Below are positions 33,000 through 39,960 of a stretch of DNA of 39,960 nucleotides, one piece after another; within the stretch, counting starts at the first letter, position 1, and each line of letters opens with the position of its first letter. Source of the DNA: a virus (Duplodnaviria; Caudoviricetes); the IMG/VR virus record IMGVR_UViG_3300018073_000011, positions 1 through 39,960 of that record; one strand, written 5' to 3'. The notes under the pieces were generated by a model. It was not told the DNA's origin, did no database searches, and saw only the letters and a program-made list of their open reading frames with translations. The position numbers and the translations under genes were made by a program.

Positions 33000-33532
33000 C
33001 AGATCCCTACTTTCACCCTGGCGGTAATGGTGTAGGTCGCGCCGACCGGCGAACCCGACGGCGCGCTGATCTTCTCACGCACGCGCCACTGTGTGCCGAT
33101 CGGTCCCTGGCGCGCGCTACCGGCAGCCAGCGCCTCCTGCGTCGCGGGCGAGCCTTGCGTGATGTTCGTGCTGGCGGCCGTCGTGATGACGGACGGCACG
33201 ATCGCCGTGCTGATGAAAAAGCGCTGCGTCACGACGGCGGCGCCCAGGGCGAACGTCAGCGAGCTGACGGCGTCGTCCCAGGTCGTGCCGCCGTCGACGC
33301 TGTCCTCCAGATAAATCTGCAGCGTGCCGGTCGCGGTCCCGCCGGCTGTGATGTTCAGCAGGATGTCGAGCTGCTCGACGCCAGGCGGCAGGCGGAACGT
33401 GTTCCGCGTTAGCGTCGTGGCCGCGATGCCCGACACTTGCGACGGCTGCATCACAAAGAAATCGGGCTGTGCGTGCGTGGCCTGCGTGCCGAGCACTAGG
33501 GCCAGGATCGAACAGGCAATCAGTCGTCGCAT
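32999..33532 (-). CDS. Jelly-roll-like protein with a Sec-type signal peptide
   Basis: MRRLIACSILALVLGTQATHA|QP; LDILLNITAGG...LQIYLEDSVDGGTTW...WRVR...YTITA. Confidence 0.7.
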   Translation of the reverse strand: MRRLIACSILALVLGTQATHAQPDFFVMQPSQVSGIAATTLTRNTFRLPPGVEQLDILLNITAGGTATGTLQIYLEDSVDGGTTWDDAVSSLTFALGAAVVTQRFFISTAIVPSVITTAASTNITQGSPATQEALAAGSARQGPIGTQWRVREKISAPSGSPVGATYTITARVKVGI

Positions 33533-33533
33533 C

Positions 33534-35762
33534 TCATCCTCCTACTTCCACGATCGGCAACACGCCGAGAATTTCGAGTGGCAGCGGGTCCTTCTGGCGA
33601 ATGACGACGCGGCCGTAATCGTTCCAGTCGCTCTCGATCTTGATGTTCTCCTGGCCGGTGAACGGCGTTTGCTGTAGGCCCGCTTCCGCCTCCTCCAGCT
33701 TGACCTGCACCAGGCGCGTCGTCGCCGGTCCCGCCCACCAGGTGCGGCAGCTCTCGTTCAACAGGACCTGCACGGTGCCGACGCGCTTGGCCTTGTCGCG
33801 GATGGCGACGCCCTGCACGTCCAGATCCAGCGTCTCCAGGTCCGCGAAGTAACCAAGCCCGACGTGAATGATACTCGCCATCGGGTTGAACACATGCGGG
33901 ATGGTGCCGGCGGCGACGGTGAACTCCGTGATCTGCGCGGCGGTCGCGGTCGACGCGTCCCCGTTGAAAATCACCTGGCCGTCAGCGACGACGGCGACGA
34001 GCTGGCCGTTCAGGTGGTCGAGCCCGGACACCGATGACGCGGGCACGCCCGTGTAGGTCAGGCCGGCGTCGACGAAGAAACAGTCGGCGTTGAACGACAG
34101 AATCTCGCGGCGCTCCAGGCGCTCGATGTAGCGCTTGAACACGCCGCCGATGGTGCGCCGGACCAGGAGATAGACGACGTCCTCGTCGGTTTCCGGCACG
34201 ACACAGACGTCCTCGAACAGCGCGCCCGCGCCGGAGTCGTGTCGGTGCCAGCCCCAGACTTCCTGTTCGCGCAGGTAGGTCAGGCCCAGGAGTGCGCCGT
34301 CAGATCGGCAGGTCCACACGATCGAATGCGGAGTCTGCTGATAATCGAGCGCCGTCAGCGTGCGCCCGTCGAACAGATGCGCGGCGAACAGCGTCAGGTC
34401 GCGGCCGGCGAGTCCTTCGACCTCCTGCTCGAACCGGACATCTCGCACGATCGCGCCGCGCGCCTGCTGATACAGGATCGCGTTGCCGACGACCACCGGC
34501 TTGACGCCGCCGACGCCGTTGTAGGTTTCCTGGTCGGCCGGGATGTTGCTCGGCGTCAGTGCCGTCTTCGGCTGGCCGACCGTCCACACGCCGCCGTCGG
34601 TCAACACTTCGAGCGCCTTCAGGCCCAAGAGATGACGCACGGGGTTATGTTGGTCGCCGGCAATGCGGAAGGTCAGCGCGTCGTCGTCCTGCAGCGGGCT
34701 GCTGATGTTGAAGTTGCTGCGGAACCCGACACGCGATCCAAAGACGGCGTCCGGGTCGTTGTTTGTGTTGGCGAAGAATCGGCGCTGCTGATAGTTGGTC
34801 GAGCGCGCCGGGTAGTTGTCCGTCGTCGCGAACAGGATGCGCGGCAGCGGGGGTGTGACTGCAAAGTCAGGCGTAAATCCGATGTCCTTGAACGTGGTCT
34901 GTCCGGTGGCCGTGCCGACAAAGCCGAACGTGCCATTCTCGTAGGGGTCGAGATAAATGTAATACTCCGCGATGGCCCCGCCGGTCGGTGGCGTCCAGCT
35001 CAGTTGATTCGGGTTGTCCTTCGTCGGTTCGCCACAAAAGACCTGCACGATGCTCGACGCGACGGATTCTTCGTAGCTGTCCGCTGCCGCTGACGTGATG
35101 ACGTATTTGTAGTCACGCGCGCCCGCGACGCCTGCGACGGCGGCCAGTCCCGTCGGCGGGTTCACAGCCGGCGCGGTGCTGACCTGCTGGATCACCCAGT
35201 GCGTCAGCGAGAAGTAGATCAGCTCGTGGGGCGGGACCAGCAGCGACGTCAGCGTGATGATGCTGCCCGACTGCGACCAGTTGAATCCGGCGTTCCCGAA
35301 CGGCGTCGGCACTTCCAAGATGTCGGTCGGCATCGCATACCAGAACGACGCGTTGGGCGGGACGTGGTTGATGCCGGCGGCGACCGCGTAGTAGTTGACG
35401 CCGCCGCTCACCACGATGTCGCCGATCGCGTAGGTCGTGCCGGCGTTCCAGGCAGCGACGCCGGTCAGCCGGACGATCGCGCCGTTTTTGTAGAAGCGCA
35501 GGTAATTCGGGCCGGCCTCAATCAGCACGCTCTCGCCATCGACGGCGGCCACGTAGCGCAGGAAAAAGGTCGACGTCGACGACGTTTTCGTCTCGAAGAC
35601 GAACCGGATGCCGGCGCGGTTGGTGACGCCGCCATGCCGCTGCACGATGAAGTTGCGGCAGGTCCGCAGCCCGGTCAGATACTTCGCCTGGTCGGCGCGG
35701 GCGGCCAGGGACGGCGCCAGCTCGCCGCCGGCAAACGCGCGCTGAAAGACGGCTTCGCCCAT
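33534..35762 (-). CDS. Tail tubular protein B / nozzle (T7 gp12, P22 gp10-like)
   Basis: QRAFAGGELAPSL..R.D..KY..GL..CRNFIV..HGGV..R.G, YPARSTNYQQRRFFA, WGWHRH, RYIERL, FFVDAG, SGLDHLNG, QKDPLPLEIL. Confidence 0.93.
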   Translation of the reverse strand: MGEAVFQRAFAGGELAPSLAARADQAKYLTGLRTCRNFIVQRHGGVTNRAGIRFVFETKTSSTSTFFLRYVAAVDGESVLIEAGPNYLRFYKNGAIVRLTGVAAWNAGTTYAIGDIVVSGGVNYYAVAAGINHVPPNASFWYAMPTDILEVPTPFGNAGFNWSQSGSIITLTSLLVPPHELIYFSLTHWVIQQVSTAPAVNPPTGLAAVAGVAGARDYKYVITSAAADSYEESVASSIVQVFCGEPTKDNPNQLSWTPPTGGAIAEYYIYLDPYENGTFGFVGTATGQTTFKDIGFTPDFAVTPPLPRILFATTDNYPARSTNYQQRRFFANTNNDPDAVFGSRVGFRSNFNISSPLQDDDALTFRIAGDQHNPVRHLLGLKALEVLTDGGVWTVGQPKTALTPSNIPADQETYNGVGGVKPVVVGNAILYQQARGAIVRDVRFEQEVEGLAGRDLTLFAAHLFDGRTLTALDYQQTPHSIVWTCRSDGALLGLTYLREQEVWGWHRHDSGAGALFEDVCVVPETDEDVVYLLVRRTIGGVFKRYIERLERREILSFNADCFFVDAGLTYTGVPASSVSGLDHLNGQLVAVVADGQVIFNGDASTATAAQITEFTVAAGTIPHVFNPMASIIHVGLGYFADLETLDLDVQGVAIRDKAKRVGTVQVLLNESCRTWWAGPATTRLVQVKLEEAEAGLQQTPFTGQENIKIESDWNDYGRVVIRQKDPLPLEILGVLPIVEVGG

Positions 35763-35893
35763 CAGGCCAGCTCCGCGATCAACCAGCCGAGCACGATGCC
35801 GATCAGGAAGGCGCCCGCGACGGCCAGCTCACAGTAATACCAGAGCAGCTCGTCGGCGTGTCGCCGGCTTGTTCGCTTGCGGCGCTCGACCAT
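35762..35893 (-). CDS. 43-aa single-TM peptide between tail genes
   Basis: MVERRKRTSRRHADELLWYYCELAVAGAFLIGIVLGWLIAELA; TGATG overlaps at both ends. Confidence 0.65.
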   Translation of the reverse strand: MVERRKRTSRRHADELLWYYCELAVAGAFLIGIVLGWLIAELA

Positions 35894-38800
35894 CAGTTCC
35901 GTCCGGTCGTCCAGGGCGCATCGCCCTCGGGGTCCTTTTGTTCTTCGTTGGCGCCCGCCGTCTCGGCCTCGCCAATCGTCCGGGCGAACATCGCCAGGCA
36001 GAACTGCTGTTTCTTCTCGTCCTTCGCCAGCGCCGGGGCCAGACTCGCGGCATGCCGCCAGACGAGCGCGCGGCGGAAGATGTGGTCGCCGTTGAGCGCC
36101 GCGCAGTCCGTTCGCACGGTGTATTCCAGCTCCGGCGTCAGGTCGTTGTCGTCCGTCGGTCCCTGATTCGTGTAGATCAGGCCGCCGGTCGTATCACTGC
36201 CGACGCGGAAATCGATCGGCGTTTCATCGTAGCGGCGCTGCACCAGGCTCGGGTTGGTGATGCGTCGCGAGAAGACGGCGTCGGACGGCATGCGGTAGCT
36301 GTATTGCCAGTCGTTGTTGACGGGAACCGTCGACGTGCCGCCGACTAGGACCAGGCGCGCGTAGCGCGTGGCGAAGTTCCAGGGGAAGGCGCGCAGCGTC
36401 GCGCCGACGTCGTCGACCCAGTGCAACCTGGCCGTGGTCGCTTCCTTCGACAGCTCCGTCGTGATGTCGGCGATCTGCTTCGAGACACCGATCAGCGACA
36501 GGGCCTGGTTGATCAGGAACGTCGTCGCGTCGATGCAGCTCGTGCCGAAGTCTGTGCCAGGCACACCATCCGGCAGGTCGGGAATGTCGGCGTCGCCGCC
36601 GCCTTCGCCCGGTTCGTCCGGATTCAGCTCTGGGTCTGGCGGGGTGCCGTCCCAAAGTCCGCCGCCGAAGACGTCGCCGCCGGTCGGGGAATCCGGCGCG
36701 ACGACGATGAACTCGCCGTTGATCGAGAACCCGGCGTTGCCCGCCGTGGTGCCGCCAGGGAACACGAACACGTCGTAGATGATGCCGTTAGTGTTCAGCG
36801 CCGAGCCGACACTGATCGAGTCGATGCCGCCGCCCGTGATGCCAGTAGCGGCGTTGTTTGTCGTCGGGAACTGCAGCGAGTTCGTGCCGGTGTGCGAGAC
36901 GTCTCGGATGAAGCTCGCGCCGTTGTGCGGCACGACCATCGCCCAGGCTGGCCGCTGCCCGCCCATCAGCAGCCCGATCGTGCGCGAGCCAGCGCCATCA
37001 CCCGTATAGCTCGTGGTGGCCAGGACCTTGGTGATGCCAGCATCGCCGCTGCCGTCGTTCTTCCGGAAGGCCAGGTAGCCGATCTGGTTCAACGACGTGC
37101 TGTGCAGCGCGCTCTTGCTGGTGATGGTGCCTTTGGCGAAGCTGAGCGCCGACGCGGTTTCGGCCGCGCTCAGCAAGCTGGCATTCTGCGCGGTGTGGCC
37201 TGGCCCTCGATACATGACCCCGCCCGATGCCGCGCCGCCGCGCTGTTCGTTGGCCAGCCAGACGTTGTCTGGCGTGAAGCCTTCATTGTCGAGCGCGGTG
37301 ACGTAGTCGGCTGAACCGCTGTGCACGCCGAGCGCGCCCGCGTTGCAGAACCGCATCGCCGGATCACAAAACGCCGTGTATTGGTAGGTGATGCCGTTGG
37401 CGTTGCTGCTGTTGTCGTTGCCGGTGATGCGCACGACGGTCTGCTGCTCTTGCGCATCCTCGGCGGGCGCACCGACGGGGAAGTTGGGATCGATCAGCGC
37501 GCCGACTGGCGCGTTGTTCTTCAGTTCTATCGAGCCGTCCTGGTGCGCGCCGATCAGCGACGACCACCAGATCACGCCGGTTTGCGCTGACGTGCTGCGG
37601 ATGATCAGGAAGCTGACCGGGAACCGGAAGAACAGTTCCTTGAAGCTCGATGCGCTCGTGCCGTTCCCGACGTAGGTGCCTGTGACCAGCCCGACCGGCG
37701 AGAAGGGCGGCGTGCCGCGCCTGGCCCACGGTGTGCGCGGATACGGAGCGTTGTGGATACCCAGATGCTCCGGCACCGTCGACAGTTCGTCGGTGTCACC
37801 AGGGTCCGTCGGCAGCGCGTAGAGCGCCGGATCGAGCGCCGCGATTTCGTTCCATTGCGGGGTGTTCGCGCCGCCGGCATCGCCCAGGATGTCGACCGCG
37901 CGACCGCTCGGGAACATGATGATGGCGACCGCCTTGCCGCCGCAGTTGGCGCCCGACGTTTTTATCTGCAGGCCGGCGCTCTCGTGCTTCAAGCCCCACG
38001 CGACGCGCCTGGTGATTTCGTGCGCGCCGCAGTCGCTGTTCAAGGGCACGCCGGCTGCGACCAGGCGATCCTTAACGTCGGAGACGTATTGCGCGGTCTG
38101 GCTCGCCAGGTTGATCGTCGGCGCGGGCGTCAGATTGTCCGTTTGGGCGTTGGGCGTGACGTCCTCGGGACCGAACACGCCGATCACTTCTGCTGCCGCG
38201 CAGAGAATCGAGACGTTCTGCGCCGTGACGGCGGCGCCGTGGTCGAAGACGAGTTCCGTGCCGGCGAACGGATGCACCGGATTCGTGAGTCCACTCGGCA
38301 CGTAGTAGGCCGAGCGCCACTGATAATTCGCCCCGTCCTGCGTGACGGCCGTGGTCACGGCCGCGCCGCCGCCAGGCAACCGATAGCCCAGGTTGCCGCC
38401 GACCGCGCCCGCTTCGAACCCGTGCACGCCGATGACCATCCCCATCACGCCGAGCTTGCCGTTCTCCTGGTCGACTTCCCGATCAGCATCGGTCAACACG
38501 CAGAGCCGCGCGCCGCTCGTCGTGTTCTGTAGGCGCGTGATGGGCGTTGTAATGGGCCGGCGCTGCGTGAGCACGCGCCAGTCGCCGGCCGCCGCCCAGG
38601 ACGCCGCATTGTCCGATCCGAACGCTTTCGCGGTGAGGCACGCGACGCGACTGCCGTGGTTCCAGTCCTCGCCGTTCGTCATGTTGTTGATCTGATCGGC
38701 GCCGATCCAATCGTCGAACTGGACGGAGATTCCATTGTGCGCGACGGTGCCGGTGCCCAGGCGGCAGTTGGCAATCCCGATCGCCTGGCCGAGTCCATCG

Positions 38801-39714
38801 GTGCCGGCGTAGGGGTCTTTGGCCATTGCCAGGACGCCATTGACGAACACGGAGCAGCCGGCGCCGCCGATCGCGTTGCCGTAGCGAAACAGCACGTCGA
38901 GCTTCGTCCACCGATGCAAAGGGATCGGTGTCGTCATGGTCGCGAACGTGGTTTCGCTGCCGGCGCTGTCGATGTTGGTCAACACGAGCTGGCCATTCGC
39001 CAGCACGCCGATTTCAATCCCTGACGTCGCAGAGACGGTGCCGGACGTCTTAAAGATCCGCGTCTTCGCGGTCGGGTATTTCTTCAGCCGGAAGTAAAAA
39101 CGATCCCACCCCTGTGAATCCTGCGCGTGGCCCGGTGTCGCTTCGTTGAAAACGTGCACGCGTTCGAGCACCACCTGGTCGGCCCAGTAACCGAAGCCCT
39201 GCAAGTGTCGCGACGCGGCACGCGAGACGATGTCGGCCATGTTGCCTGAGCCGCCCTCACCTCCGACGCCGCTGGCCGCCATCTCGGCGCCGTCGATGTA
39301 GCGCCGCTGTGGCATCACGCTCTTGACCGCGCCGGTCGGGGCCGTCGTGTCCAGCTTCGGCATCCAGGCGAACTTGCCGCGCCAGTAGAAGTTGATGCGC
39401 GTGCCGAACAGGAAGCAGATCCCGAACCAGCCGCCGTTGCAGCGCTCGAACGTCCGCTGATCTCTGGGGAAGTTGTTGCCGGTGGTGAACCACTCCGATC
39501 GAATACACGGGGCGACCATCTCGGCGGTCTGTTCCTGAATCGGCGCGCTGTAGGTCATGGCGGCCACGGTGGGCGCCATGATGATGCGGCCGATCGCGCC
39601 GCCGGCTTCCGGGCCTGAGCCAGCTGCGCCCGCGTGTGGCGTGCTCTGCAGCTCCTGCACCAGGGCGGCGTCGGTCAGGTAGATCGTGTAGTCGAGAAAC
39701 TGTGTTTTGGCCAT
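35893..39714 (-). CDS. Tail tubular protein A / head-tail adaptor fused to a ~1060-aa N-terminal appendage region
   Basis: C-terminal ~210 aa: INQALSLIG...EATTARLHW...LRAFPWNFATR...WQYSYRMPSD...IYTN...FRRALVWRHAASLA...W..GR. The N-terminus has a LamG/lectin-like segment and YxGxG repeats (TYVGNG, SYTGDG). Confidence 0.85.
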   Translation of the reverse strand: MAKTQFLDYTIYLTDAALVQELQSTPHAGAAGSGPEAGGAIGRIIMAPTVAAMTYSAPIQEQTAEMVAPCIRSEWFTTGNNFPRDQRTFERCNGGWFGICFLFGTRINFYWRGKFAWMPKLDTTAPTGAVKSVMPQRRYIDGAEMAASGVGGEGGSGNMADIVSRAASRHLQGFGYWADQVVLERVHVFNEATPGHAQDSQGWDRFYFRLKKYPTAKTRIFKTSGTVSATSGIEIGVLANGQLVLTNIDSAGSETTFATMTTPIPLHRWTKLDVLFRYGNAIGGAGCSVFVNGVLAMAKDPYAGTDGLGQAIGIANCRLGTGTVAHNGISVQFDDWIGADQINNMTNGEDWNHGSRVACLTAKAFGSDNAASWAAAGDWRVLTQRRPITTPITRLQNTTSGARLCVLTDADREVDQENGKLGVMGMVIGVHGFEAGAVGGNLGYRLPGGGAAVTTAVTQDGANYQWRSAYYVPSGLTNPVHPFAGTELVFDHGAAVTAQNVSILCAAAEVIGVFGPEDVTPNAQTDNLTPAPTINLASQTAQYVSDVKDRLVAAGVPLNSDCGAHEITRRVAWGLKHESAGLQIKTSGANCGGKAVAIIMFPSGRAVDILGDAGGANTPQWNEIAALDPALYALPTDPGDTDELSTVPEHLGIHNAPYPRTPWARRGTPPFSPVGLVTGTYVGNGTSASSFKELFFRFPVSFLIIRSTSAQTGVIWWSSLIGAHQDGSIELKNNAPVGALIDPNFPVGAPAEDAQEQQTVVRITGNDNSSNANGITYQYTAFCDPAMRFCNAGALGVHSGSADYVTALDNEGFTPDNVWLANEQRGGAASGGVMYRGPGHTAQNASLLSAAETASALSFAKGTITSKSALHSTSLNQIGYLAFRKNDGSGDAGITKVLATTSYTGDGAGSRTIGLLMGGQRPAWAMVVPHNGASFIRDVSHTGTNSLQFPTTNNAATGITGGGIDSISVGSALNTNGIIYDVFVFPGGTTAGNAGFSINGEFIVVAPDSPTGGDVFGGGLWDGTPPDPELNPDEPGEGGGDADIPDLPDGVPGTDFGTSCIDATTFLINQALSLIGVSKQIADITTELSKEATTARLHWVDDVGATLRAFPWNFATRYARLVLVGGTSTVPVNNDWQYSYRMPSDAVFSRRITNPSLVQRRYDETPIDFRVGSDTTGGLIYTNQGPTDDNDLTPELEYTVRTDCAALNGDHIFRRALVWRHAASLAPALAKDEKKQQFCLAMFARTIGEAETAGANEEQKDPEGDAPWTTGRN

Positions 39715-39731
39715 CGGTCACTCGAATCCGC

Positions 39732-39764
39732 CGGCCGACCAGGTTCCCAGACCCTGGCCGGCCG
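39732..39764 (-). promoter_or_regulatory. 12-bp intergenic hairpin (processing, stability or termination element)
   Basis: Minus strand CGGCCGGCCAGG-gtctgggaa-CCTGGTCGGCCG; no U-tract. Confidence 0.55.
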
Positions 39765-39788
39765 TGTCGTCTACCTTGTGAGGGTCGG

Positions 39789-39960
39789 CTACTCCAGCAC
39801 CTTTTCGGCGCCGGTCGGATTATCGGGCGGGGCACCCGACATGCGGCGCTGCATCTCCTCGTCGTGCTGGCGACGCAACACCTGTTTCCCGGTCGTGATG
39901 CGCTCAGGCGTCGAGCGCGCCACTTTCTTCATCCATTTCTTCGAGAACTCGTCGATCGTC
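39789..39960 (-). CDS. 3' end of a small head-associated hypothetical protein (partial)
   Basis: ...TIDEFSKKWMKKVARSTPERITTGKQVLRRQHDE...VLE*. An FSxxWM motif is recalled from small genes that follow podoviral capsid genes. Confidence 0.65.
   Translation of the reverse strand, partial: TIDEFSKKWMKKVARSTPERITTGKQVLRRQHDEEMQRRMSGAPPDNPTGAEKVLE

Noticed and set aside
109-39024. Long plus-strand ORFs (e.g. 109-1290, 2382-3383, 7470-8480, 13515-15119, 21956-23506, 27503-28900)
   Set aside because: Antisense shadows of motif-bearing minus-strand genes in high-GC DNA; no recognisable domains.
1-39960. Diversity-generating retroelement, suspected because the structural genes resemble those of BPP-1
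   Set aside because: No reverse transcriptase motif and no TR/VR repeat pair was noticed in this window.
1-39960. Integrase, repressor, att site or tRNA genes
   Set aside because: None recognisable by eye; lifestyle cannot be determined from this window.

Overview
A high-GC segment of a podovirus-like dsDNA phage with T7/P22/BPP-1/epsilon15-type tail and ejection modules. Every credible gene lies on the minus strand, many coupled by ATGA, GTGA or TGATG overlaps. In transcription order (right to left) it contains: (1) the end of a head-associated gene; a 1273-aa protein whose head-tail adaptor (tail tubular A) is fused to about 1060 aa of appendage-like domains; tail tubular B; a signal-peptide jelly-roll protein; a capsid staple; and three internal virion proteins, including a 2994-aa polyvalent protein with GNAT, ART-like and HExxH domains; (2) a lysis cassette; (3) an early/middle region with KTSC, an Mgm101/Rad52-like annealase, a PD-(D/E)xK nuclease, HNH, a Gp157/Gam-like protein, a lipoprotein, an SF2 helicase, DnaB, RuvC, an MT-A70 methyltransferase next to a nuclease, a PAP2 phosphatase and DUF932; (4) terS and the 5' part of terL. 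No integrase, tRNA, CRISPR array or reverse transcriptase was seen. The most unusual signals are a shared GTTGACA-17-NAGAMT promoter family with one member buried inside the polyvalent gene ahead of a nested out-of-frame ORF, a TerL N-terminus copy next to a TerS-like HTH insertion in the early region, the giant adaptor fusion, and a highly structured ~260-nt leader ahead of the replication genes. All family calls come from recognising motifs by eye; no database search was run.
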